The notes beneath the pieces are model-generated. The model saw nothing but the letters and a program-made list of their open reading frames with translations, did no database searches and was not told where the DNA came from. A stretch of DNA of 63,746 bases, filler included, from Vannella sp. (lineage: Eukaryota), in assembly GCA_023345925.1 (NCBI GenBank). It is 8 parts of 8 records of this genome, joined end to end, with 100 filler letters (N's around TTAATTAATTAA, not from the genome) between each part and the next. Parts side by side here need not be neighbours in the genome. Positions count along the whole stretch, not along the records: positions 16,007 to 27,007 come from JAJQQN010000535.1; positions 27,108 to 39,866 come from JAJQQN010000090.1; 6 more parts are not named here. One strand, 5' to 3'. The position numbers and the translations under genes are program-made. Within the stretch, counting starts at the first letter, position 1. Each line of letters begins with the position of its first letter. Positions 23,392 through 34,695 of this stretch are shown one piece after another.

Positions 23392-24477
23392 ATGATCACT
23401 TCGTCTGCAGCGCATCATTCTTTTGTTTTCGATGCGGATGGGAAGCTTTGGGCTTCAGGGTTTAATGGAAGAGGGCAATTAGGTTTGGGAGATGTGGATA
23501 TGAGGGCCCTTGGTGCTGTGGAGGTGCCCTGGGAAGGGTACGGTGTGGTTCAGGGCGCGTTGGGTTACAACCACTCGCTCCTGCTCGATCGTGCTGGCGT
23601 GCTTTGGGCTGCTGGTAGCTTCCTTCCCAATATTCAAGCGTTTATCTTCGTCCAAGTACCTAACTTGCCTCCCATCCGCTTTGTAGCATGTGGACACGAT
23701 CATTCTGTCGCCGTTGATCGAGAGGGGCGCCCTTGGGCCTTCTCCTCTTCAAGATTAGCTGCACAGGGAGGTCTAGTTGCTAGAAGAATGCTCCAGCGAT
23801 CTCCTACAGGCCCCCAACTCATCCCAGATCTCCCCCCAATACGACAAGTCGCCTGTACGTGGAATTCAACCTTATTAGAGGATGAGAACGGAAGTTTATG
23901 GATCTGGGGAAAGAACCTTAATGGACAGACTGTCCTCCAGGACGAGGACTCCATCAAACAGCTCCCTTCCTTCGCCTCTTCTGGATCTTGGCGGAGTATC
24001 TCGGCAGGGATCCTCTTCTTTGTTGCTGTTGATAGCAGTGGCACAGTTTGGAGTTGGGGAGATAATGATTACGGACAACAAGGGCGCCAAGGTGATCGAG
24101 CAGACCACTTTCAACAGGTTATTGGACTTCCTCCCATCCAGTATGCAGTAGCTGGAGGCTCGTGGGTGATTGCAAGGGACGAGGAAGGTGGATTTTGGCA
24201 TTGGGGAAAGGATCTGATGGCCAAGACCAGTCATTCCCGTCCAGTCCATGTCCCTTTCCTCAAAGGAGCCATCCTGCTGTCCGCGGGGAGGAATTTCACT
24301 TCTGCACTCTTTCCTGATCATCTTTTGGTCTTTGGAAATAACGAAATGGGACAGCTTGGCTTCTCAAGTCGTACGGATCATTCATCAGAGTGTACCCCTC
24401 CCACAAAAAGTGCCTTGTATCCTGCTCTGCCCCAATCTGAACCAAAGAGTGCTCGCTCATCAGTACACTTGTCATGA
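23392..24477 (+). CDS. RCC1/BLIP-II repeat protein
   Basis: GFNGRGQLGLG, VACGHDHSVAV, VWSWGDNDYGQQG, VFGNNEMGQLG. Intronless. Confidence 0.88.
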   Translation: MITSSAAHHSFVFDADGKLWASGFNGRGQLGLGDVDMRALGAVEVPWEGYGVVQGALGYNHSLLLDRAGVLWAAGSFLPNIQAFIFVQVPNLPPIRFVACGHDHSVAVDREGRPWAFSSSRLAAQGGLVARRMLQRSPTGPQLIPDLPPIRQVACTWNSTLLEDENGSLWIWGKNLNGQTVLQDEDSIKQLPSFASSGSWRSISAGILFFVAVDSSGTVWSWGDNDYGQQGRQGDRADHFQQVIGLPPIQYAVAGGSWVIARDEEGGFWHWGKDLMAKTSHSRPVHVPFLKGAILLSAGRNFTSALFPDHLLVFGNNEMGQLGFSSRTDHSSECTPPTKSALYPALPQSEPKSARSSVHLS

Positions 24478-24761
24478 TGCGTGCGCTAACTGCAGCAGCA
24501 ATCAGTTTAATCGAAAAGATTCTCGAGAAATTAACAAAAATCACCCTTTCTCGCTCAGTACCACCAACTGCCCTTCCGTTGAGAAACATCAGCTAAGAAC
24601 TGCTGAAGCTTGGGCGATCCTCTTCACAGAGAGAAGGCTCTTCAGAAAAAGGGATCTCCCCATCCCGATGACTCTTGATTGTTGAACGAATAACGGATCC
24701 GTTATTCGGATTCTCTTGATTCCAGACAAAGTTACTATTCATACATTTATATAACAGGCCC

Positions 24762-26093
24762 TCAGCTACGCTGTGACCGCCGCATTCGAATGCGTTTTGC
24801 AACGAAGGCAGGGGGCCCAGTTAGACACACCAATGGGACTCCCACCACCGACATGGCGATGGCCCACGGTACTATCCGAATGGCCACTTCTCTCTTATCC
24901 TTCTGCCAATCCTCGATGGTATCTCGGGAACCAACTACCTCCTTCATCAAACGAGGGTAGTAAAAGCCAATCTTCTCGATCCTTGACTCTTTGGAAGGAG
25001 GTTCCCCGGTCTGGTTCCAGTCCCAGTGCAAGTGGCACGTGGAGCAGATCATATCTGGACATCCAGAGACTCGTGTTGTCTCAGAACCACAATGAGGGCA
25101 GGCTTTGACACCGTTCTTGCGCTTCCACTTGAGTGTTTGAGGGTCTTGAGGGAGGTGATGAACCTTGTTCTCACTGCAGGTCATCCCACTATGAGAGGCT
25201 GTCTTGCATTCTATACAAGAAGAACGGAAGCACTTGCTACAGCGAATCATAGTGTCACCCTCCTCCGCAGTGACGAGAGTTTCACATCCGGGACTATCAA
25301 CTAGTGAGTTTGGAGTGGTACCATTGCGGGCATCACTTACAAGGTGCACCAATGTGAATGTGGATCAGCTGTTAAGAACTGAAGGAGTGAAAAGCGCTCG
25401 AACTTGGCCAACACATCTTCTGACAACACGGAACGGATGTCTGCTTCCGATATCTCCTCTTCGCAGGTGGGATTCAAGCATTTGATGAAGGAAAGCTGCT
25501 TTCCGCTCATTATCAGCTCTTCTAAGTATCTCTCCACGCACTAAAGCCAGTCAGTCCTACTTTCTCGAGGTAAAGGCAAGTTTCCTCACCTGTTTGCAGT
25601 AACGATGGCCGCAGCTCGTCAGTTGGATGCATTCACTGGAGCAAGTGAAGTCTTCATAGCAAACAGGACACTCAAATTCAATGGGAGAGTCCTCTACCAC
25701 GGCAACAGAGGATTCAACCTCCTTCTCCACCACTTCCTCCTCTGCTTTCTCCTCTGCTGCCTCCACAACTTCGTCCACATTGGCTCGTGCTGGAGCTTCT
25801 GCGATTGACTGATACAAGAAGGCCATGCGCTCATGCAAGAAGAAGAAGTAAGCGAGTGCGTCCTGGTCAGCAAAGCATTGCTCCGATAGTGAGTTGTGTT
25901 TGGCTTGAAGGAGTTGTAAGTGTACAAGGAGGCTAACACGCTTCCCTTCGTTTTGCTGTAAGCTCCCCTTCAGATCAATGAAGGCATCCACCAACTGGTC
26001 CACCGTTTGAAGGCATTCCCGAACGCTTTTCTGTGCAAAAGACTCCGCAAGCTGTCCCTGGAAGGCCACCTCCTCCTCACCAAAGTTCTCCAT
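24762..26093 (-). CDS. RBR E3 ubiquitin ligase with C-terminal TM anchor (RNF19/RNF144/217-like)
   Basis: RING1 CPVCYE..CGHRYC..C, IBR HWC..PGC..CSKC..CIEC..H..C, RING2 KACPHC..SGCPDMICSTC, hydrophobic C-terminal segment. Two short introns. Confidence 0.85.
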
Positions 26094-26278
26094 ACTGTAA
26101 TACAATAAACCATGCGCGAAGCCTCCCCGCAACTCCACCAGCAGTTCGGTGAAGACAAAAGCCAACACAAAAAGGGGCTCTTAGCTGAAATCATATCTTC
26201 AGAGAACCATGGCCGGGTTTGGAAGGTGAAATGTAAGACTCTACAACACGGATTTAATTTTATTCAACAGATAAAGCG

Positions 26279-27007
26279 TCAGGAATCTGTGTTGTACCGT
26301 CCAATTTGATGAGAGACCTGGTCAGCAAGACCAAAGGTGTGGGATATTTGAGGGGGTGTTGATGTGCCTCCACTTTGGGTGATCAGAGAGCTGGGAACAT
26401 TATATAGAGAAGAGATACACTTGGGCTCCTCTTCACGCTGGTCAGGAGCGGGAGACTCTCGGCAGTCGTCGCACACGGCCGACTTCTTCCGTGCCTTGCA
26501 AAGCCGCGTTCCACACTCTCGGCACGCAGAGAAATGGGAGCAAGGGCGGTCTTTCCCTTCAGGTAGGTGATTCGGACTCGCCACGAACACTGTCACAACT
26601 TGTCGAAGCTCTTGGCGGGTTTGCCGGAAGGTTAGCGTGCTCTTGCAGAGCGTACAGTCCTTTGTTATGCGCGATTTACATGAGTTGCATGTTGCTGTTT
26701 GTGTTTGTTGAAGTCGAAGGCAATCCCTGGAGCACGGAGGAGGAAAAGAGCCGACGAGCTGCTTGCAACATTGGGAACAGCGATAGATCTTCTCTATTTG
26801 GTAGTCTCTACACTCATTGCAGCACACTAAGTGTCCACATGAGAACTGGACACGCCCTCGACCATCAATAGGCTGCTGTTGGTGACAAATGACGCACTCA
26901 AGAGAGGTCTTCGCCACCACCTCTTCCGGCAATATCACCATTAACCTTGGCGGAAAGGACTTGGATCTCATCACAATCTCGCGCTCCTCCCGCGAACTAG
27001 GGTCCAT
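26279..27007 (-). CDS. Cys-rich RING-finger-like protein (begins at contig edge)
   Basis: CVIC..FSCGHLVCCNEC..CSQC and RPCSHFSACREC..C motifs. Confidence 0.6.
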   Translation of the reverse strand: MDPSSREEREIVMRSKSFPPRLMVILPEEVVAKTSLECVICHQQQPIDGRGRVQFSCGHLVCCNECRDYQIEKIYRCSQCCKQLVGSFPPPCSRDCLRLQQTQTATCNSCKSRITKDCTLCKSTLTFRQTRQELRQVVTVFVASPNHLPEGKDRPCSHFSACRECGTRLCKARKKSAVCDDCRESPAPDQREEEPKCISSLYNVPSSLITQSGGTSTPPQISHTFGLADQVSHQIGRYNTDS

Positions 27008-27107
27008 NNNNNNNNNNNNNNNNNNNNNNNNNNNNNNNNNNNNNNNNNNNNTTAATTAATTAANNNNNNNNNNNNNNNNNNNNNNNNNNNNNNNNNNNNN
27101 NNNNNNN

Positions 27108-27346
27108 TTCAGTGGAGTTGCTGTCCCATGCCCTGAGTCTTACTCTCCAAGTAGATTGCAAATTGGTGCTTCTTCCATCGGACCCAAACTTCCATGGTTG
27201 GAATCGTACGTTTAGGTATTCACTTTCTGCGTCCAACTGCGCGATTGGTCGCTCAGGCTCGTGGATTCTCTCTATTCAATTGCTGAACGCTCGAAGTTGT
27301 CTCTCAAAGACAATTGTGGCCCTGTGGACCTCGTCGTCAACTAAGG
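27108..27346 (+). CDS. Possible 3' fragment of an unidentified gene truncated by the contig edge
   Basis: Open frame from the edge (FSGVAVPCPESY..WLES), a GTACGT..CAG intron, then LVDSLYSIAERSKL..VVN-stop. No recognisable family. Confidence 0.3.
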
Positions 27347-27582
27347 GCATTTTCCTTTCATGTCCCTTTGGAGCACCCAAAACTTGAAAAATGAAATCAG
27401 CCCAAAAGCTTATCCTGAAAAGATGGAGATCATCAGGACACTCTACGCAAACACGAGTTTTGGAACCCTTCTTCGATCATCGATTTAATCTACCTCCATC
27501 ATTATTGCACATTAATGTCTGGAGTGACAAAGCTCTTTCTGGAAGTTCTCATTTTCATTGGTGGGTGACCGGGTTCGTGGGA

Positions 27583-29580
27583 ATGGAAAGCAACGCTTTC
27601 TTGTATACGAGGTTCAAGGTCTTCGGTTTACTGACAGAAGGGAATGCTCCACAAGAGGTGAGCACCTATGAAGCTGCATTGGCGGAGGAAAAGTCGTTGC
27701 AAACCGAACTGGATCTGGCCGCTTCTATTCTGGCGTCGGCCTTTCCCGACTCGAGCCCGACTTCTACAAAGAGAAGCTCGTTGGTGGAAGCTCCGCAGGA
27801 GGACGTACCTGCCTACGTCGCTCAAGAGACTCTTCCTGTACACGACACCGCTACCAAGGCACTCCAGGGTATCCAGTCTCTCGGGGCGGGCAGCAAAACG
27901 GTATGTTCTACACTCTTGAAGGCTCTTACCACTTGGTTCACACCCTGTAGCTCAAGGTACTTCTCCCTTGCCTCAACGAAGTGACTTTGCACTCTCCCAA
28001 CGGTGCAAACAAGTTCCGATTCATCCTCAAAGTGCATTACGACGAGTTCCAGTACAAGACTGTTATCGTCTCTGCAGATACAACGGCCATCTCGGTCTGT
28101 GCTCTTCTTGCAGCGAAGCTTTCCCTCAATCGGTTCACCTTCCGCCTGTTTGCCATCCGACGAGGAAACGAACTGCATTGTATCGAAGACCAGAGCTCAG
28201 TTCATAGTGCTCTACTTGCACTGATGGATCCAAACACGGAGAAGCAACCTTCTATCCGCCTGCAGGTGCTCCGTCCTCCTCCCATCGGCACTAGCCCGAC
28301 GATGCGAGCTTCCACACTTCAACGCTGGTTGAATCACCAAATTAAGGAATCTGGATTGGTTGTGGATGATCTAACGAAGGATCTTGACGACGGAACAGTC
28401 TTGTGTGCTCTCACACAAAGTCTAACGGGTACGAAGCCAACCTATGCCATCTCAGAAAAGCCACGAGACACTGCAACAGCAGCTCTTCGTGCTGCTATCG
28501 ATGTTCTGGAGAAGTCTGGCATTACCCTCGCTCATGATGCAGTCCAGCAGTTCCAGTCAGGGGCTTCTGATAAGTTGTGCGCCCTGCTTTGGAGTATTCT
28601 TTTCCGTTATGCAGCCACACGAAAGTCTCTTGGTTCTGCTAGCCAGAAGAAGTCTGCTCCTGGTGAGTGTCTTGTGAAAGGTCCACTGTCCCTGACTCAA
28701 TGTTTGCAGTGTCAGAGACCATCTTCCTTGAGGAGCTATTTGATTGGTGCGCTTCTCTGGTGCAAGGTTACGCAGGTGTGAGTTTAAAAGACTTTAATAC
28801 CAGCTGGCGAGATGGATTGGCAATTTCCGCGATCTTGGAACAGTACGACAACTATCGCGTTTCCTTTTCCTCCATTTCTTCAATGGTAAGAGCTTGGGAT
28901 ATCGTCGACCATTCCTCACACTAAGCAGGCCACTGTTGAAGAGCGGCTGGAATCTCTCTTCTTTGCTCTCCAAAAGCACTTTCACTTTCCTTCCATTCTG
29001 TTTGCAAGTGAGCTCCTGCAACCAGCCCAACAAATTGATGACATGGCAGTCATTATCTTCCTTACCATTGTCACTCTTCACCTGCACTCTGTGGTAAGTC
29101 CTTCAAAGAACAAATAAGTCTTCTCACATCCATCAGAAATCTTCCAAGTCAACGAGAGCCTCTGTTGTGTCCGGAGTGAAAGTCCAGGGGAAGGCGCCAG
29201 TCCGAATCTTTGTTGAAGGATTAGATAACATCTCTAATAAGGTACTTCTACTTGAGAAGCGGGTCTTCATATACGACCTCCGCAAGATCATTTGCAAGAA
29301 GATGGCTCTCGATCCTGGAGCCTTTTGGATCTATTTGACTCAAGATGGTGTGGAGCAGTTGGCCAACGAAGGAGATCTTATTCGACTCGATGGAGCCATC
29401 TCCATCACGGTGAAGATGGTGGCGGGATCCAGCTACTACAATGCAGACACAATCAAGGTGGAGAAACCCACCGCCATTCCAGCAGCCATGTCCAAGGAGA
29501 TAACTAACAGCAAAAAGAGGCTTTCTCTCAACTCTTTGAGGAGCCTCAGCTTTCGAAACCACACCAAAGGAAGCTTCTAG
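27583..29580 (+). CDS. Ras-association/ubiquitin-like domain plus tandem calponin-homology actin-binding domain plus second ubiquitin-like domain
   Basis: RA-like ILKVHYDEFQYKTVIVSADTTAISVC..FRLF. CH1 LQRWLNHQI..DDLTKDLDDGTVLCAL..LLWSILFRY. CH2 LFDWC..KDFNTSWRDGLAISAIL. C-terminal VRIFVEG..FWIYL. Several short introns. Confidence 0.78.
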
Positions 29581-29646
29581 TGCAACAGAATGTATCTTCT
29601 ACCACTTACGCCGAAAGGGACTCTGATTGTTGATGTCTCGCTTGGC

Positions 29647-30276
29647 TCACGAGTTACGTCGCATCTTCACTCGTAGAGAAGGTTCAGCGTAATTAGTTCT
29701 CTTTTGCCTGCGCCCTCTATCTTCTGCAGCTGGAGACTCTTCCCTCTGGCGGTCGGTTTTAGCAGGCAAAGGAGGACTATCTGGACGGAGAGATTCAACA
29801 GGAGGTGATATCGAAAGCTCGGGAAGGAGTTCATGAAGGGGCTTCTGGTCGGATCTGCTGGGAAGGTCGGGAACCAAGAACTGCTGTGTTGTGGGAGGCT
29901 GTTTAGCCGGTGATTGGAGGAGTTGAGCGATTCCCTGTTCAAAAGCAGCTTTGTACGAGTCTCCCGTAGCAATGGAAGCAGCAAGAGCGATGTTCAAAGA
30001 GAGACTTCGAACTCGTTCTTCGGCCAACAGGTCCAGAACATCGTCCTTCTCTTGTCTCAAGCTTCGAATGGTCTTGTTCGCTTCTGTTACTGCATTTTGG
30101 AAGGTCAAGTTAGCTTGAACCAGCTGCGTGTTCACCTCTAAGTGCTTCTGGCGAGTCTGAAAGTACAACTCGTTCGTCCGATTCATCTTCTTCTCCAGCT
30201 CCTCCATTGCTCTTTGCTGCTGTTCCACCACCAATCTCAAGCTAGCAGCATCCATAGCAGCAACAGGACTCGCCAT
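29647..30276 (-). CDS. sgo1: Shugoshin-like protein
   Basis: N-terminal coiled coil and terminal SGO motif RRQKRTNYAEPSLRVKMRR. Confidence 0.75.
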   Translation of the reverse strand: MASPVAAMDAASLRLVVEQQQRAMEELEKKMNRTNELYFQTRQKHLEVNTQLVQANLTFQNAVTEANKTIRSLRQEKDDVLDLLAEERVRSLSLNIALAASIATGDSYKAAFEQGIAQLLQSPAKQPPTTQQFLVPDLPSRSDQKPLHELLPELSISPPVESLRPDSPPLPAKTDRQREESPAAEDRGRRQKRTNYAEPSLRVKMRRNS

Positions 30277-30613
30277 TTCAGCCCGCCAAGGCAGAAATGC
30301 GATCGCAAGATCGGCTTTTTACGTTTTCCCTTTTTCGGCTGACTCCCTTTACAGAGGCTCAACTACTCCTGCCACCCTGCCTTATAATCACTCATTTCTC
30401 CAATTGGACCAAGAAATCATGCTTGGAATGAAGGAGGTCATTTGCCTTTGAGTGCCTGCGGCAGCAAGCGTCCAAAGGTGTCCTGGTTTGCTTCTTGATC
30501 ATGATCAAGCGGTAACCGGTCTGTTCCACGTCTGCTTCTCTGATGGTGCAGCGGGGCCATGGCTAGATTGACTTGCGAGTGGCTGGATTGGGGAGGGAGA
30601 GAGTTTAATGGAG

Positions 30614-30903
30614 TTAAATGCTTTCAATCAGCTCATCAATGTCGCGGAAAGACTTTGCGAAATGCTACAGAGGAGTGAGAAGGAAGAGAAAGCGCGCAGG
30701 AGGCTTCTCACCTTGAACTCGAGAAGGGTCAAGTCAAAGGAATGAGTAGAAACGTCGCGGTTGGCATCCTCCACGCGAAGCTGAACAGACACAAACGGTG
30801 CGTCCAAGTTCTCGCAGTGATTCGACTGCACAGACACACCCAGCTGCCACTGCATCGCCAGAAGCTTCCCGATGCTCAACACCTCCGCCAAGCCTGCCGC
30901 CAT
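30614..30903 (-). CDS. COMMD6: COMM domain-only protein (COMMD6-like)
   Basis: GKLLAMQWQLGVSVQSNHCENLDAPFVSVQLRV..SFDLTLLEF, an intron, then HFAKSFRDIDELIESI-stop. About 80 aa with no HN domain, as in COMMD6. Confidence 0.85.
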
Positions 30904-30919
30904 CAAAAAATGACCCCAA

Positions 30920-31912
30920 ATGGGCCTGCTTGATACATTTTATCTCTACTTTATCATGGTGAAGGTCTCCTTTGCTCATAGCAACGACTTGATGGAAATC
31001 AGGAGAATGTTGGAGGATGTCGACGGGCAGGTGGATTACGCGAACTTTGCGCACTATCGCTTCATCATGGACACGCAGGAGGAGTTCTGTGAGCTGCTGA
31101 GAGAGTTCTCGCGGACGTGGGACGCGATGAGCATGCATGCTTGTAGTACGATCACGGACGAGTTCCTGGTTCATTCTCTGTTTGCTCTTCAAGGTAGCCT
31201 ACGGTCATTGGATCTGTCCAGTTGCAAGCTGAGTGATCACAGCGTCTTTGCCATTTGCCACTCTCTCCACTCATCAACGATCACTACCATCAAGCTAGGG
31301 TCCTCTTCTGTCACAGATGCGAGCCTTGTAGAGCTGGCAGAAGAGTGCCCTTCTCTTAGCGAAGTCCACCTCGCAGGCTGCTCGCAAATCACTGATGAAG
31401 GGATCATCTTTGCGCTGATAGCAAAGTCCAAGCAGAGACACGTCCCCTTTACAGTTCTCATGCTCAGTGCTTGCAAGAAGATCACTAATAGAGCACTACG
31501 ATACCTAGCCGAGGCTCAGGGAGAGTATCTTGAGAGACTTTCCTTCTCCTTCTGCTTCAAGCTGACGGATTCTTCAATATCCCTGCTTGCTGAGTCCGCC
31601 AGGAACCTTGTAGCTATCAACCTGTGTGGTTGTAAGGTGGTTGGAGATGAGTCAGTGCTCTCTCTCCTGAAGAACTGCCCACTTCTCTCCAGTATAAGCG
31701 TGAACAGTTGCAAGAGAGTCAGTGCAGCCCCTCTCCAGTACGTCATCCAACGTCGACAGCCAGAAGCCACGATACCCCTTGCTCTGCACTTCATAGACGT
31801 GCGTGGCTGTACCCTTTTGGAAGAGGATCCCAACCTTCCTCAGTACTTGGGCGAGATCGCGAGTCTGATCGATCCGTACGTGATCATTAAGTGTGCTGTG
31901 CGTTCGATATAA
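30920..31912 (+). CDS. Cysteine-containing LRR protein (FBXL/AMN1-like repeats)
   Basis: Repeated LxxLxLxxCxxITD units (LAGCSQITDEGI, LSACKKITNRAL, FSFCFKLTDSSI). The true start may be 30957 or later. Confidence 0.85.
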   Translation: MGLLDTFYLYFIMVKVSFAHSNDLMEIRRMLEDVDGQVDYANFAHYRFIMDTQEEFCELLREFSRTWDAMSMHACSTITDEFLVHSLFALQGSLRSLDLSSCKLSDHSVFAICHSLHSSTITTIKLGSSSVTDASLVELAEECPSLSEVHLAGCSQITDEGIIFALIAKSKQRHVPFTVLMLSACKKITNRALRYLAEAQGEYLERLSFSFCFKLTDSSISLLAESARNLVAINLCGCKVVGDESVLSLLKNCPLLSSISVNSCKRVSAAPLQYVIQRRQPEATIPLALHFIDVRGCTLLEEDPNLPQYLGEIASLIDPYVIIKCAVRSI

Positions 31913-31997
31913 AGCCAATACGCATATGACATGTTGCTTTACTATCTACAGGCACTCAACTGCAACGCCGTGCTCGTCAGAGGTCATTGTGGGGTGA

Positions 31998-33472
31998 TCA
32001 ATTCAAACGGCTCATCGCTCGGGACCGTAGAGCCTGATCGAAGCAGTCCAACCAGCGGTCACGGATCTCTTGCGTCTCTGCTTCGAGCTCCAACGTCTTG
32101 TTCTCGTCCGAGCAGATCACAGAAAGCGACAAAAGGGGATCCGTCACTGTCCCATCATTAGGAACGGTCTTTTCAGAGACTCTGAATACGTACCCTTCAA
32201 TAGTCTCTTGCTGATGTGTCCTCTCTTAGTGGCAATGACGTCACCCATCAGAACAAAGCCCTCCAGTCGCTTCTTGTCAGAGTCCTTCCACAAGATCTTC
32301 TCAAAGGAAGGGTCCAAGCTGATGATCTTCTTCGCTGGCTTCAGCTTCTTCCAGTGACGAACAAAGACTGTACCTGGAGAGGGAGTGAGACGAAGAAGAG
32401 GGCGAGGAAGTGGGAACGTGCCTTCGGTGAGGAAGGAGAGGTCCAACTCGGTTCCTTCAGGTGTAGAGCTGGTCATACTACTCACTGCTATCTCCCCTTG
32501 GTCGCTACGCAGGGGAATGGATGGAACAGAGTTCAGAGGAGGAGGAGTGAACATTGTGGGAGTTGCTAAGGGCAAAGGAGGAGGACCATCCCCCTCTGTT
32601 TGAGCACGGGCAGGTAGATTAGGTGTTGATGCGCGTAGCATTGGGTCCTCTACAGTTGGAGTAGTTCTGGGGAGACAGGAAGAAGCAGCCAGAGCCCTCT
32701 CTTCCACCTCAGGCGCAACAACAAGAGCCCCATCAAGGGGAGTGTCCACTTGGGCGTCGACAGTGGTCAAGGCAGAGGGCTTTGGTCTCGCAGGTGGAGG
32801 CTTGAGGGCTGCGATTGTACTACTCGCAGGTGTAGTGTCTGACGAAGGAGAGGGGCAGACATCTACAGGGGACAGAGGCTCCTGTGTCGGGGCGTAGGTA
32901 GGGTCCATTATTGTTACTGTTGGCCTGGGCCTCGCTGGTGGAGGCTTCAGAGCCATGTCGCTATTGTTTCGGGTGTGAGTGGGAGCCATTCCTCGGAGAA
33001 CTGAACCTGTCCTTCCCACTCGAGGAGGAGGGGGATGGGGCTTTCCGCCTGTCACGTCAAGGTGATTTGTGCTTGCCGATGTCCCAGCTGGCATTCGATA
33101 TGAGCCACCGCGGCTCTTGGGAAGAACTGCACCCGCTTTGGAGCCTCCCGTGGCAGAACGTTTGCGTTGAGGCCCTTCAGGCTCCTCCGGTGGGGTTGTT
33201 TCCTGTGTAGTAGGAGGTTTAGCTCGTGCAGTAAGAGGTGCTGTCTCTGTTGGCGCAGGCTTCTCTGCTTCAATCTTCTCCATAAAGTTGCTGGGAACGT
33301 AACCCTTTCGGCGGTTCCGTTCCGCCGTGAACCAGCCTCCTGGGTGCATCTGCAGAACCACAAACGTTTCTCCTTTCTTAAACGAAAGCTGGTGACCTTC
33401 CGCGCTACCTTCAAAGTCGTGCTTCGCCCTCCAAAGGCTCGGAAAGTCCTCCGCCCCACCAACCTCGCTCAT
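31998..33472 (-). CDS. SH3, proline-rich, PH domain adaptor protein
   Basis: SH3 RAKHDF..QLSFKKGE..GGW..GYVPSNFME. LKPPPARP repeats. PLC-type PH LSFLTEG/TVFVRH..KILWKD..TLELEAETQEIRDRW after splicing. Confidence 0.85.
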
Positions 33473-33529
33473 CCAAGACCAACTAATTCCTTCCCCTTGA
33501 CTGGCACGTTATTCCTTTTAACCGCCATT

Positions 33530-34629
33530 TTATCGCGGGAGGAGGGTCATGGCGTCGTCTTTGGGGAAGACGAGGCGATTGGCCAGCGCTTCGAAGGCGG
33601 CGAGCATCTTGGCTTCAGGAATGGTGCTGGATTGGCCTAGGTGGTGTGAGATGAAGTGTGGTGGGAGTGGGGGAGTGTACCTGTGCCGATTTTGAGGGTT
33701 CCGTTGAAGGCGCTCACGATAACTGGTTTGTCAGGCTCTTTTTCGCCTCCTTGGATGAGTCTGGAGGGGCTGTGTCATGCTCTGAATGGTGCAGTAGGCT
33801 ATGAGAATGCTTACTTGAAGTACAAGTCCCCCTGGGTAGCGTTCATCACGTCCTCAAGGAAGTAGATCGCATTGCTTTGGACGATCTTCGCCAGCTCTTC
33901 TCCGCTTGATGGGAGACTCGATGTGACATGGTCCTTGACGAACTGTTTCGCTGTGGCATATCCCTGGTGCCTTTGGTGAGGACCTGATCGCAAGCGATCG
34001 CCTTTCAACGAACCTTCTTGTCGTATATCGCCCCGATGACCCCAAACATGGCCATTGTAGCTGGCATGAGGGGTTTAAAGGTAGAAGTAGGCTATCTGGA
34101 ATCAGAAGCGAGCTGAAAGATTGGGAAAGAGTCCACCTACCACAAAAGCGAGCTGATACCGCAGAAAAGGGACCATTCCGAGACGGTAGGCAACATTGTG
34201 AAGATGTCTTTTGGAGAGAAGGCCAGTGTGAGCCGCTCGAACATGGTAAACGTTGCAAGGGCTCCCTGACAGAGACTCAAACAGCAAATCCGTCACACAA
34301 GTGGACGCCGCTGCCACTCCTTCCAACAGAGATCAATCAGGAGGCGATCAAACATCATAAGAGGTACGCTACCCACCCAAGAACTTGGCTGGGTTATGAT
34401 TGTAAGCAGACGCGTCAAGCCGCGAGAAGATCTGCCAAAGAACATCGCTGGGTAGCTCAATCGCCCGCGCCTTTGCCCATTCCTCCACCTCAGCAAAGAC
34501 ACTGTTACTTGGTCGAGGTCCATGAGTGAACAAGGACTTGCGCGCGCCTTCGTGCTGCGTAGCGAAGGCTCTCGAGTAGACCCTCAACCCCAAATGCCCC
34601 GCCCTCCCCAAACTCGCCCTCCCCGCCAT
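33530..34629 (-). CDS. RNase III-like plus dsRBD protein, probably mitoribosomal mL44
   Basis: Mitochondrial-type presequence (MAGRASLGRAGHLGLRVYSRAFAT), AKFLG, AKQFVKDHV, and dsRBD C-terminal GQSSTIPEAKMLAAFEAL. Multi-exon. Confidence 0.6.
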
Positions 34630-34695
34630 TCAATAATGAAGTTCCGCTTGTAAACAACCCCACAGGACCCATTTCGTAGCGACCTCTCGCCCCTC

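Noticed and set aside
537..26093. Apparent cluster of RING/RBR ubiquitin ligase genes as one system
   Set aside because: They lie on three different contigs, so adjacency is largely a concatenation artefact.
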